Made by a program: the position numbers and the translations under genes | Shown here: positions 41,810 through 51,095 of the stretch, piece after piece | Numbering within the stretch: the first letter of the stretch is position 1 | Layout: the number at the start of each line of letters is the position of its first letter | Origin: a virus | Lineage: Duplodnaviria > Caudoviricetes | DNA length: 64,000 nucleotides | Strand: one strand, 5' to 3' | IMG/VR virus record: IMGVR_UViG_3300047509_000125 | Location: 2,019 to 66,018 of that record | Notes under the pieces: generated by a model | Databases searched by the model: none | The model's input: the letters and a program-made list of their open reading frames with translations, nothing else | Told to the model about the DNA's origin: nothing

Positions 41810-42583
41810 ATGCAATACAAATTCGGTCTAATCCCATACAAGCCTCGCCTAACCGATCTCCAGTTCGGCAAGTATAGAACTGCTGCGCCCCTGGCCCCTC
41901 ATCCATTGCAATTCGGACACGAATCGTTAGTCGCCGATTGGGGAATGAACGGCAACGATCAATACGGTTGTTGTGCCCCAGCCGGTGCCGGACACCAGAC
42001 CATGCTCAACACGGCGATTGGTGGACATCCCGCCATCGTTACAACCGAAAACACGCTGGCGGATTATGGGGCGATTACGGGTTTTTCGCCCGATGATCCA
42101 GCCAGCGATCAAGGAACCGACCCCCACGAGCTTTTCAAATACTGGCAGACCACCGGCATGGTGGACTCCGCTGGCAACAGACATAAAATCCTAGCCTATT
42201 TATTCTCCGATCCGACTAACTACGACCAATTCTTGGAAGCAATCTATCTGTTTGGTTCAGTTGGACTCGCGATTGCCGTTCCGCAGTCAGCGATGGATCA
42301 GTTTAATGCAGGACAACCCTGGCACGTTGTTCCAGGCTGGCATTGGCAGGGCCGACAGATAATTGGTTATCATTACGTGCCCGCAGTAGCAGACCGTGCT
42401 ACCCCGGTCGTGATAACGTGGGGAAAAACGCAAGGTTTAACCGTCGATTTCTTCCGCAAATACGTCCAGATGGTCGCCGTTCCACTATCAACAGAAATAC
42501 TCACGTCAGGAATCAGCCTTGAAGGTTTTAACATCAGTCAGCTACAATCAGACCTCAACGACCTACAACAACAGCCAGCATGA
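41810..42583 (+). CDS. Papain-like cysteine peptidase, candidate lysis/cell-envelope enzyme
   Basis: GNDQYGCCAPAG (Cys), GYHYV (His), ITWG. Confidence 0.7.
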   Translation: MQYKFGLIPYKPRLTDLQFGKYRTAAPLAPHPLQFGHESLVADWGMNGNDQYGCCAPAGAGHQTMLNTAIGGHPAIVTTENTLADYGAITGFSPDDPASDQGTDPHELFKYWQTTGMVDSAGNRHKILAYLFSDPTNYDQFLEAIYLFGSVGLAIAVPQSAMDQFNAGQPWHVVPGWHWQGRQIIGYHYVPAVADRATPVVITWGKTQGLTVDFFRKYVQMVAVPLSTEILTSGISLEGFNISQLQSDLNDLQQQPA

Positions 42584-43245
42584 AAACAATTCTCACATCC
42601 TTAATCTGCCTAACGGCATCACTCGCACTAGCTGGACCTGTTCTCGAACAGGCCCCGGCGCCAACTCCAGCCGCCTACTTCAAAGCTGGCGAGTTTGATT
42701 TCAACCTTGGCGGTCTCGGATCATATACCCAGACCGATTACAAGAACGATCGCTACTTTGGCCTCGACCACGCATTCGGCGGAACGCTCAACGCTCTTTA
42801 CTACCCCTGGCTCAACTTCGGTGGTGGCATTTCGTTCAGCGGTTACGACGCGCGCAATTCCAATTCAATCCAGACCGGGTTCCTTGGGCAGAAACTACCC
42901 GGTGCATTACTCGCAACCGGGACTAGCGGATTTGTCGGCGACGTTTTGGTTAGGTTAGTAGCACGGTACCCCATTGGTCAGATCGCGCCGTACGCCTTCC
43001 TCAGCGGCGGCGCGATCTTCAATGGCGGAAACTCAACCGTCACTACTCCGAGCGGCACGATTGGTAAAAAGGTAGAAGCCAACCTAATATCGCACGACGT
43101 AAAGATGCTTGGGGAAGCTGGAGCCGGGGTTGAATACCGGTTTACGCCTAACTTTGGAGCGTTCGCCGAGGGCGCGTTCGATAAGATCGACCGGCCGCAA
43201 TCCAATTTCTGGTCAATCCGTAGCGGCTTAACCGTCGCGTTTTAA
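42580..43245 (+). CDS. Outer-membrane beta-barrel protein
   Basis: Signal peptide ending ALA; alternating amphipathic strands, APYAF.SGG, GAGVEYRFTPNFG, terminal Phe. Confidence 0.85.
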   Translation: MKTILTSLICLTASLALAGPVLEQAPAPTPAAYFKAGEFDFNLGGLGSYTQTDYKNDRYFGLDHAFGGTLNALYYPWLNFGGGISFSGYDARNSNSIQTGFLGQKLPGALLATGTSGFVGDVLVRLVARYPIGQIAPYAFLSGGAIFNGGNSTVTTPSGTIGKKVEANLISHDVKMLGEAGAGVEYRFTPNFGAFAEGAFDKIDRPQSNFWSIRSGLTVAF

Positions 43246-43251
43246 ACTTCA

Positions 43252-43530
43252 ATGTGGCCTTTCAACGACAAAAAGCAGCTAGACAGAATCGAACAAAACA
43301 CCAAACAAATTATGATAAACCAAGCACAATTCGACACCGACCTTGCCGGCTTCCTAACCGCATTCGGCAATCTCATCACCGCAGTTGACAACTACATATC
43401 GTCTCAGACGCCAGCGGACCTAACGGCTGAGGACAACCAGTTGCTCACCGCCGCGCAAACCGCCGCGACTGAGTTAAACAAGCTGAACCCGCCGGCACCG
43501 GTTCCAGTTCCTCCGACCCCGACACCTTAA
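43252..43530 (+). CDS. Hypothetical helical protein with Pro-rich tail
   Basis: Lysis-region ORF. Confidence 0.55.
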   Translation: MWPFNDKKQLDRIEQNTKQIMINQAQFDTDLAGFLTAFGNLITAVDNYISSQTPADLTAEDNQLLTAAQTAATELNKLNPPAPVPVPPTPTP

Positions 43531-43535
43531 AATCC

Positions 43536-43910
43536 GTGAGAGCGTTGGCCGCTCTGTTAATCCTGTCGATCGCAGGATGCGTTGACACGCGCACCCGCGT
43601 TTACGAGGGAGGCAGTCTGGTTTTGTCTACCGGAGCGGACATGCAGAGCGTCTCATTCCGTACTCCAGGCGGGACACAGCTAACCGGTGTCGGGGTTAAT
43701 CATTCAACGCCGATTCTGGCCAATGGCACAGCCGTAGCGACAATTCTTGACGCGGCCGGTCGGCTCGCGGGCGTCGTTGGCGCCGCGGTAGTTGGCGGGA
43801 TTTTGGCCGTGCCTCACCCGGCCGCGGCTGCGACATCCGCCGTTGTGCCAGCAGCCGCCAGCCACGTCAACGGCATGGTGAATCCGCCGTCGAAGGTCGT
43901 TCACCCATGA
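43536..43910 (+). CDS. Lipoprotein (spanin-like candidate)
   Basis: Lipobox IAGC after a hydrophobic core; second hydrophobic segment near the C-terminus. Confidence 0.65.
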   Translation: MRALAALLILSIAGCVDTRTRVYEGGSLVLSTGADMQSVSFRTPGGTQLTGVGVNHSTPILANGTAVATILDAAGRLAGVVGAAVVGGILAVPHPAAAATSAVVPAAASHVNGMVNPPSKVVHP

Positions 43911-44410
43911 TTGGGTTTCAGGGTGAAGTAACTCTGATCCCGTTAAGCAAGTGGGACATTCAGAGAAGGGGATTGCCCGTTCGGTTCTATGGAGAGTTCC
44001 AGTCAGATTTGGTATGTGAGTCTGCCTTTTGCGGCACCTTCACGATCCCAAAAGGATTTCTCAGTGACGGCGCAACAATCCCTAAGCTGTTCTGGAATTT
44101 ACTGAGCGACACCGATCCAAATATCTTTTATCCGAGTCTGGCGCACGACTTCGGATATTCCACGCACGGGAACATCGGACCAAGAATAGTGACCAAGGAC
44201 CAGGTCGATCAAATGTTGCGAGAACAGATGAAAGCAGTTGGCGCACCCGCTTGGCAATATGACCAGGTCTATTGGGCAGTTCACTGGTTCGGAGGGTTCG
44301 CCTCAACCGCACGGCTCGTTGGAATAAAGCAGGGCTGGAATGAAACCACTCACCCGGCCAAACTCCGTAACACCGAATACAACTTCAAACCGCAAGTGAG
44401 ATCGCCTTGA
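43907..44410 (+). CDS. DUF1353-like protein
   Basis: IPKGFLSDGATIP...AHD..Y...D.M.RE...Y.AV..FG. Confidence 0.8.
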   Translation: MIGFQGEVTLIPLSKWDIQRRGLPVRFYGEFQSDLVCESAFCGTFTIPKGFLSDGATIPKLFWNLLSDTDPNIFYPSLAHDFGYSTHGNIGPRIVTKDQVDQMLREQMKAVGAPAWQYDQVYWAVHWFGGFASTARLVGIKQGWNETTHPAKLRNTEYNFKPQVRSP

Positions 44411-44538
44411 CTAAACTGGTGCTAATTCTGGCCGCACTATGCCTAACAAGTTGCCGATACTTCGATCCTGGCACCGAAATCGAGTTTGATTGGAAACACA
44501 TTTGCTACCCAACTCCACACCCAACCCCTCACAAATGA
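44407..44538 (+). CDS. Small lipoprotein (43 aa), not in the ORF track
   Basis: TTG start; MTKLVLILAALCLTSC lipobox; overlapping start/stop coupling at both ends. Confidence 0.6.
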   Translation: MTKLVLILAALCLTSCRYFDPGTEIEFDWKHICYPTPHPTPHK

Positions 44539-44681
44539 AGACAAGTCCGTTTTGGATGGCCCACCGCGCTTTTGACGCCGAACTCGCCAAGGAACGAAAA
44601 CGCCGAATGTGGATAGGTATTGCCCGGCTCCTATTTTTTGGAGCTGGCCTACTCGCTTTCTACCTGTTGCTTAAATCGTGA
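44535..44681 (+). CDS. Small membrane protein
   Basis: C-terminal TM helix; coupled at both ends. Confidence 0.5.
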   Translation: MKTSPFWMAHRAFDAELAKERKRRMWIGIARLLFFGAGLLAFYLLLKS

Positions 44682-45040
44682 CCAAGGCGCGGGCGACGAG
44701 TTTTTCGGGACTTTCTGACTTGCGCGCGTACATCAAGTGCCGCGATGCCGGCGGCAGTCCAGAGCACTGCCTTAGCGTCGGCGATAACGGTTTGGGCGCT
44801 TTTGGTCAAGTCATGGCCACGCTCAAAGTGGCGTATGTCGCGCTACCTCGGGGCGTGGCGGTTGAGGGTAAAATGGTAACAGTAACACTCAACGGCATGG
44901 GTCACGGCAACCCGTTTACCTGTATCGTCGGCGACATCGCACCAGCCGGCGTAGTGGATCTCAATCCTGGCGCCCTCATCGCTGCCGGACTTCCTAGTGA
45001 CACGGAGCTTGATTGCCCGGCCCAATGGGACTGGGCATAA
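44678..45040 (+). CDS. Double-psi beta-barrel (RlpA/3D-like) lytic transglycosylase, candidate endolysin
   Basis: ATSF...GDNG.GA.G...VALP...V.V...VGD..P...VDLNPGA. Confidence 0.6.
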   Translation: MTKARATSFSGLSDLRAYIKCRDAGGSPEHCLSVGDNGLGAFGQVMATLKVAYVALPRGVAVEGKMVTVTLNGMGHGNPFTCIVGDIAPAGVVDLNPGALIAAGLPSDTELDCPAQWDWA

Positions 45041-45066
45041 AATAGCCAAAAGATTTTTCTTGCGCT

Positions 45067-45080
45067 CAAGTTGCAACTTG
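45067..45080. promoter_or_regulatory. Perfect 14-bp palindrome, putative operator in the early promoter
   Basis: CAAGTTGCAACTTG between TTGCGC (45060) and ATG 45097. Confidence 0.6.
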
Positions 45081-45096
45081 GGTATGCATTGTCTTG

Positions 45097-45270
45097 ATGT
45101 CAGCACCAAGACTTGAAAAAGAAGCGATCGTGGTTCGGGTAAAACGAACCGTCCGCAGGGATTTGGACAGATTGGCCCCCAAACAGAATGAACCAACTGG
45201 TAATTCTCTAGCTGCGAAAATCATCACCGATGCCGTCGCAAGGTTGGTGCGGAAGTTTCAACTCCGATGA
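45097..45270 (+). CDS. Ribbon-helix-helix (Arc-like) regulator, 57 aa, not in the ORF track
   Basis: AIVVRV strand followed by RRDLDRLA and NSLAAKIITDAV helices; ATGA-coupled to the next gene. Confidence 0.65.
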   Translation: MSAPRLEKEAIVVRVKRTVRRDLDRLAPKQNEPTGNSLAAKIITDAVARLVRKFQLR

Positions 45271-45620
45271 GCCAAGAGACTAAATCTACTTTTGATGAAT
45301 GGGCGTTGGTCGAGCTATTCGGCCATGCGCGTATCGTCGGCAAAGTCACCGAGGCCACAATCTCAGGCGGGGCGTTCATTCGTGTCGATGTTCCAGATAA
45401 AGACGGCAACACCGTTTTCACAAGGTTCTTCGGACCTGGAGCGATTTATTCGATGTCTCCAATCGACCGAGACACGGCGATTGCGCTAGCGCAACGGCAA
45501 AGTGCCGAGCCGGTGAAACAATACGAACTACCTGCGCCACGATTGGCAACACCAGACCCCGATGAACAGGTATTCACCGGCCATCCAGATGAAGAGCAGG
45601 ACGACGACGGAGTATTTTGA
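45267..45620 (+). CDS. Conserved hypothetical phage protein
   Basis: WALVELFGH...G.V...FIRVDVP...AIYSMSP. Confidence 0.7.
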   Translation: MSQETKSTFDEWALVELFGHARIVGKVTEATISGGAFIRVDVPDKDGNTVFTRFFGPGAIYSMSPIDRDTAIALAQRQSAEPVKQYELPAPRLATPDPDEQVFTGHPDEEQDDDGVF

Positions 45621-45645
45621 AAATCAACACACCAAAAACCACAAA

Positions 45646-46647
45646 ATGAATACTGAAAACGCAATTACTGTACCTACTGACGAAAAATCCACTGTGGAAA
45701 TCGTGCCGTTTGGCACCGATGAACGAATCCGGCTCAGTATAAAAATGGTTCGCGATTTAATCGCGCAACCGACCAGATCGGGAAAACTGCCGGATGACAG
45801 GCAGTGCATTAAATTCATCATGCTGTGTAAAGCGCGGCATCTAAATCCGTACGAAGGCGATTCGTTTTTGCTTGGGTACGACACTCAGAGCGGGCCGCAA
45901 TTCTCCCTGATTACGGCCCATCAAGTTTTCTTGAAGCGCGCGGAAGCCAGTCAGGGGTTTAACGGAATGCAGTCCGGCGTCATTATTAAGACCGAAGATG
46001 GCCAAGTCACCGAGCGCGAAGGCGACATCGTTTTCGAAGGCGAGAAATTACTTGGTGGTTGGGCGAAGGTTTTTCGCAAGGATCGGGAAATTCCGTTTTA
46101 TCGGCGGCTGAAACTCGAAACGTTTTCTACCGGGCAATCCAGGTGGGCTAAGGATGGCGCCGGCATGATCGTAAAATGCGCGGAAGCGGATTCGCTCCGA
46201 AGCGCGTTCCCGACGCATTTAGGAGGACTCTATGTCGCTGAAGAAGCGCCACCGATTGATGTAACCGCCGCCCAGGTTCCGATACCGCGGCCACAGATCG
46301 GCAACGGCAAAGCGACAGCCGTAGTCGCCGAAGCTGAACCAGAGCCACAGCCCGAGAAACCTACAAAACGCCCGCGCCGGCCGCGAGAAACAGCGCCAGC
46401 TAAAGCAGAAACGCCAGCCGCGTCGCCCCCGCCACCGGAAACCAACGCGCAAAAAATCGCTGCCCGTCTTGAACTGACGGGGAAACATAAGGTCACGGAC
46501 CTACTGAAACTGGCGAGGAAGATGGAGTGGGTTGACGAACCGACCTCGCCCGAGGGGTTAACGCTGGAAAATGTCGGTGAGGATAAACTGGCGATCTGGC
46601 TCGAGGATTGGACAACGGTCGTGGAACTGCTCGACGCGCAAAAATGA
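45646..46647 (+). CDS. RecT/Redbeta-family ssDNA annealing protein
   Basis: FIMLCKARHLNPY, LLGGWAKVFRKDR, W...MIVKCAEA..LR.AFP..LGGLY..EE. Confidence 0.9.
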   Translation: MNTENAITVPTDEKSTVEIVPFGTDERIRLSIKMVRDLIAQPTRSGKLPDDRQCIKFIMLCKARHLNPYEGDSFLLGYDTQSGPQFSLITAHQVFLKRAEASQGFNGMQSGVIIKTEDGQVTEREGDIVFEGEKLLGGWAKVFRKDREIPFYRRLKLETFSTGQSRWAKDGAGMIVKCAEADSLRSAFPTHLGGLYVAEEAPPIDVTAAQVPIPRPQIGNGKATAVVAEAEPEPQPEKPTKRPRRPRETAPAKAETPAASPPPPETNAQKIAARLELTGKHKVTDLLKLARKMEWVDEPTSPEGLTLENVGEDKLAIWLEDWTTVVELLDAQK

Positions 46648-46889
46648 CAGCAATAATGGGTTGGCTGCTTGTCGTCATTGGTGGATTGGTGCTGCTGTTA
46701 ACGGGGGCATACAACCTTGCCGAATGCATTGCAGATCGGTACGACAAACCCGAGACGGTCCAAGTTGGTCAGTGCATCTTTATCTACCGTAACCACAACG
46801 ACGCTCAGATCATGCGCGATGCGCTGGCCAAGCACCCCGACGCTGTAGTTCGGACAGAAATAACCAACACGCCAAACGTGTCGCCATGA
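46644..46889 (+). CDS. Small membrane protein
   Basis: N-terminal TM helix; coupled. Confidence 0.55.
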   Translation: MTAIMGWLLVVIGGLVLLLTGAYNLAECIADRYDKPETVQVGQCIFIYRNHNDAQIMRDALAKHPDAVVRTEITNTPNVSP

Positions 46890-48034
46890 TGCGCCCAGTC
46901 ACGTCGGCGTCGAATATTCACAGAAGATTTTTATGCGCGGGAAGTGAGCGCATGGAAGCGAACTGTCCCGATGATAATTCATCCGATGACGCCAAGATGG
47001 GCCAGTTATTACACGGCTACTACGCCAATCCAAAGCTCGATAGGTTGGTATTGAAACCCGCGCACCGGGATCTTCTAAAGATTGCGGACGACATCGACAC
47101 ATTCATTTTCCAACGTGTAGCCGAACAGTTTCAAATCGCGGATAACGAACCGTTCGAGGAGGGGCGTGAGGATAGAGAATTAGTTGCATTGGCCGGCACC
47201 GAGGTTGCAACTCCCGGTCACTGCGATCGTTGGCGGCTGTATCCCGAGAAAAAAATTCTTGTCATAATTGATCTGAAAACCGGGTTTAAGGAAGTCACTC
47301 CAGCCGCGGCCAATTACCAACTACGCACGTATTGTATTGGTGGGGCCGAAGAATGGGACGCCGAACAAATTGTCGTCGCTATTTCACAACCGCGGTTGTC
47401 ATTCGATCGCCGTGTGACTATGGCCGCGTATTCGCGTCAGGATGTCTTTGACGCGTCGGCTGAACTGACTTCTATCCGAGCCGCATCAGCGCGCAAGGAT
47501 GCGCCGCTTGTGGCCGGCGACGAACAATGCCGATGGTGCCGCGCCAAACTCGTATGTCCCGCTTATCAAGCCGCCATTAACGATGGGATGGCGCTGGTCC
47601 AAATCGAACCTGGGACACCGACTAAGCGAGAGGCTGATGCGCGGGAAATCGTCGCAAATTGCTCCGACGAACAACTGGACCGACTTTTGGTTGCGATTCA
47701 ATTCGCTGGCTACGTGGCAGATCCAGCCAAAGACGAAGCGCGCAAACGTAAAACGGAAAACCCCGACCGTTTACCGGAATGGAAACTGGGTAAGGACAGC
47801 GCAATCCGTGAAATAGCGGATACGAAACGAGCGGTTAGCCTGTTATCGCTCCGTGGCGAACTCAGCAAGGATCAGATTTTTGATTGCGCCTCTCTGGCCA
47901 TCGGTAAACTGGAAGAACTTTACCGGCAAAAAACCGGGTGTACTTGGAAAGAAGCCAGGGACGTGATTGAGAAAACGATCGGAGCAGTGATCGAACTCAA
48001 ACCTAAACGAGGTAGCCTAACTAGAGTGAAATGA
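46886..48034 (+). CDS. DUF2800/Cas4-like PD-(D/E)xK nuclease
   Basis: SAS...R...C.GS, G..LH, GHCD, IDLKTG, QLRTY, QPR, QCRWCRA...CP. Confidence 0.85.
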   Translation: MMRPVTSASNIHRRFLCAGSERMEANCPDDNSSDDAKMGQLLHGYYANPKLDRLVLKPAHRDLLKIADDIDTFIFQRVAEQFQIADNEPFEEGREDRELVALAGTEVATPGHCDRWRLYPEKKILVIIDLKTGFKEVTPAAANYQLRTYCIGGAEEWDAEQIVVAISQPRLSFDRRVTMAAYSRQDVFDASAELTSIRAASARKDAPLVAGDEQCRWCRAKLVCPAYQAAINDGMALVQIEPGTPTKREADAREIVANCSDEQLDRLLVAIQFAGYVADPAKDEARKRKTENPDRLPEWKLGKDSAIREIADTKRAVSLLSLRGELSKDQIFDCASLAIGKLEELYRQKTGCTWKEARDVIEKTIGAVIELKPKRGSLTRVK

Positions 48035-48219
48035 CGCGAGCCCAACAGATAGCCATCGAGAATCACTGCCGACTGGCCGCGGAAACAATCCGACAACTGT
48101 TCGCTAACAAGATGTCGCGGGGATTGACTCGTATCCTAACGGTTAATACCGGTTATGAGTGAATCGAAGAAAACTTTGGCGGGCCGGTCTGGCACGTCTC
48201 GATTTGCGATCACCGGGGG

Positions 48220-48456
48220 ATGACGACGCGATTGGAACGTCGGCTGATTGCCAACCAGCAGCTTGACGGGGTTGGTGACGCTTCGCTTGGCGAGTGGATC
48301 GAGGAAAACGGGCCTTTCGTCCATCTGCGCCGACGCCTCAACCGTGAAGAAGAAAAGATCACCGGCCCTGTGGTCGATATTCGCAGCGATTCGTCGGAAG
48401 TTAAGCGGCGACTACAGCCGATTAAACACTTGCTGCCGGTAGGGTATCGCGAATGA
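48220..48456 (+). CDS. Hypothetical phage protein
   Basis: Coupled ORF. Confidence 0.5.
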   Translation: MTTRLERRLIANQQLDGVGDASLGEWIEENGPFVHLRRRLNREEEKITGPVVDIRSDSSEVKRRLQPIKHLLPVGYRE

Positions 48457-48740
48457 GCGCATCATTCGTCCTGGTCTGGCGAGTTGTTCCGCCCTCGGAC
48501 GTGACGTTAATGGTACGGTCCGGCGCGAGTGTATTCGATGCGTACCACTCCAAATGGCGTAACGAGTGGTTTGCGCTTGTCCCAGGCGGCCTCGAGGAAC
48601 GCGTTCCGGAACCACAATTTTGGTGGTGCGAAGATGAGTACGCCAAGACTCATCAACGCGATATTGCGCCGCCAATCGCCAAGCACAGCCCGCGGTTACG
48701 CCGCAGCAAAAAGCCGCAGCAAATGGCGCTCAATTTATGA
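48453..48740 (+). CDS. Hypothetical phage protein
   Basis: ATGA coupling at both ends. Confidence 0.5.
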   Translation: MSASFVLVWRVVPPSDVTLMVRSGASVFDAYHSKWRNEWFALVPGGLEERVPEPQFWWCEDEYAKTHQRDIAPPIAKHSPRLRRSKKPQQMALNL

Positions 48741-49237
48741 AAAACGAAAATAAAAAGAATTTCTTCGGTCAGGACGGAATGAAGCCGATGCTGATTCTTC
48801 CGCCCAACGCCGTCAGTGCGGCTGACATCGAAAAACTCAACGACAACGGAATTTGCACCGTGGTCGCTAAGAACCCCCGCGCTCTCAAATTCGTTGACCC
48901 AATTCCGTCAATCATGCAGCGCACCAAGATTGAGGATACCGCGATCAAATTCTCCCGCAAAATCCTGAACCGTGGCACCGGGTATTTCCCTTATGATAGC
49001 TACGAAAGGGCATCAAAGTCGGATTTGTGCGTGTTATTCGTCAACTTGTTAGTCGATGGCACGCCGCTTGATCCAGATGGCACGATCGAAGAACAACAGC
49101 AGGCGGTTTTTGATGAGGCGAAGAGAGATGAACTGCGGCGGCTGGCTCGAGAAGAAGCCAGAGCCGAACGAGTCGCCAAAAAGAAAGAAGCTACTGGCCT
49201 GAAAAAATCGTTGACTCCTGTTCTTCCGACAGCGTAA
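48737..49237 (+). CDS. Hypothetical phage protein
   Basis: Coupled ORF. Confidence 0.55.
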   Translation: MKNENKKNFFGQDGMKPMLILPPNAVSAADIEKLNDNGICTVVAKNPRALKFVDPIPSIMQRTKIEDTAIKFSRKILNRGTGYFPYDSYERASKSDLCVLFVNLLVDGTPLDPDGTIEEQQQAVFDEAKRDELRRLAREEARAERVAKKKEATGLKKSLTPVLPTA

Positions 49238-49258
49238 ACATTTTAGTTCCGTCCCGAA

Positions 49259-49366
49259 ATGTTTGGCCTACGACTCTCCAATGCTGCATCTGACCACGCT
49301 TCCAGCCTCAGGGTTGTGAGCGGGCCAAACTGGTGCGGGTGCAGCACTGGAGGGTTGTTTGGGTGA
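49259..49366 (+). promoter_or_regulatory. Structured leader / 35-aa leader peptide coupled to the helicase start
   Basis: Long hairpin 49271-49296 with 49331-49357 masks GGAGG; leader TGA overlaps GTG 49363. Confidence 0.6.
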
Positions 49367-51072
49367 GTCTTTCAGCCTCCGAAATCCGCGCGCAACTGCG
49401 TGCTAAAAAGGCCCCACCGCCGCCGGAACAGATTAGAGAAGCCGGGTTAGACAACGGATTAGAAAAACCGGTTAGAAAAGAGACCCCGCTTCTCGACCGG
49501 GCGCAGCGTAGCACTTCGAAACCCAAAAAGAGCGTATTCGAAGTCAAAAACATCGAGGCTGACCAAGTCGAAGTCGCTGTTCTGTCGGCCCTCTACACGC
49601 AGCCGGAAAAGAGCTTCGAGATATTCGCTCAGGAACACGGTCGCCGGGAATTTCTGGCCAACCCGATTTGTCGCGCCTTTTTCGATGAACTGACCTCCTA
49701 CTACAAAGCCCATCACGGCATTGATCCAACGGCGTTTGTCCAGAATTTGCATGACACTGGGAAAGAACAAAACCTGGGCGGTTCGGCCTTTCTCGGTCAG
49801 GTTATCTCGTTTGTTGTGCCGCCAAGCGCGCTGCCGCTACACCTTGGGATTTTACGGGACAAATATATTGCGCGTGAAATGGTCCGGTCAGCCGCGGTGC
49901 TGGCTGGTCGCGTCTCGGCTGGTGGCGCCGAAGATATGTGGGCTGCGATCGAGGAGCATGAACAAAAAATCATCAAACTGCGCTCGTTCGCGGACACAAC
50001 CGAAGGCGCGGAGAATTTCGGGTTTGATGATCTGACCAACTTCAATTCGCGGAGTGATCCGAACTGTCTGATTGGCCACAGGTGGGTGTCGCGCGGTACG
50101 ACTACGATTTGGGCTGCTGCATCCGGCGCTGGCAAGAGTACTTTGGAAATGCAGCTCGCTCTGTATTGGGCCATTGGCGCGCCGTGCTTTGGCCTAAAAC
50201 CCGTCCGGCCGCTGAAAAGCCTCATTGTCCAGGCTGAAAACGATCTAGGCGATACAGCCGAGCAATTCCAAGGGGTTCTCGCCGGCATCAAAGCCACTGG
50301 TGACGTGAATCTCAACGGCGAAGTTGAGAAGATGGTGAGCATAAACCGTGTTATCGGCGTGGCTGGAACCGAATTTTTGCGCGTCCTGACCGCCCTCATC
50401 AAAACCCATCGGCCAGACATAGTCTGGATTGATCCGTTCCACGCCTTTGCCGGGGTTAATTTACTCGATGCCAAGGAAGTCGGGTCGTTCCTCCGAGAAG
50501 GTCTGATACCAATCGCCATCGAATACGGCGTCGGAGTACAGGTCATTCATCACGCTGGGAAAAGCAGCCAGGATAGCAAAGCGAAATCCCATTGGGCCGA
50601 AATCGACTTTCAATACTTAGGATTCGGCTCGAGCGAGATTCAGAACGCGTTTCGCGCCGTAAACGTCCTTGTGCCAATCTCGGGCCACGAAGGTAATTGG
50701 CGCCTGATCTTCTCCAAGCGCGGCGAACGTGCCGGCGCCAAAGACACCGAGGGCCATCCGGCCAAAAGCATATACCTGTCACATTCGAAAACGGGCTGTT
50801 GCTGGCTCCAGGTCGATAAACCCGAAGACCCGGTTAAATCCAATGCTAGTGCGGCCACGCAATTCCAGGCGAAATTCAACGAAGACTCGGTTTTGGAGGA
50901 AATGAGCGCGATCGACGAACTGACCACAACTCAACTTTCCAAACACGTGATGGGCGAAACCGGTATGTCTCGGATCACATTTTTCCGGCTGTTCAAAGAA
51001 CTGAAAAAAAACGGCCGCATCCGCATCCGAGACAAAGGTTGGGTCAAAACCCCGCGCGCTGAATTGCCCTAA
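49363..51072 (+). CDS. Replicative helicase: DnaB-N-like domain, RepA/AAA_25 ATPase, C-terminal wHTH
   Basis: E.AVLSAL...LGG..FL; Walker A AASGAGKS; VQAEND; WIDP; IHH.GK; GSSE. Confidence 0.85.
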   Translation: MSLSASEIRAQLRAKKAPPPPEQIREAGLDNGLEKPVRKETPLLDRAQRSTSKPKKSVFEVKNIEADQVEVAVLSALYTQPEKSFEIFAQEHGRREFLANPICRAFFDELTSYYKAHHGIDPTAFVQNLHDTGKEQNLGGSAFLGQVISFVVPPSALPLHLGILRDKYIAREMVRSAAVLAGRVSAGGAEDMWAAIEEHEQKIIKLRSFADTTEGAENFGFDDLTNFNSRSDPNCLIGHRWVSRGTTTIWAAASGAGKSTLEMQLALYWAIGAPCFGLKPVRPLKSLIVQAENDLGDTAEQFQGVLAGIKATGDVNLNGEVEKMVSINRVIGVAGTEFLRVLTALIKTHRPDIVWIDPFHAFAGVNLLDAKEVGSFLREGLIPIAIEYGVGVQVIHHAGKSSQDSKAKSHWAEIDFQYLGFGSSEIQNAFRAVNVLVPISGHEGNWRLIFSKRGERAGAKDTEGHPAKSIYLSHSKTGCCWLQVDKPEDPVKSNASAATQFQAKFNEDSVLEEMSAIDELTTTQLSKHVMGETGMSRITFFRLFKELKKNGRIRIRDKGWVKTPRAELP

Positions 51073-51095
51073 AAATGAACCCAAAAACGGCAGTT

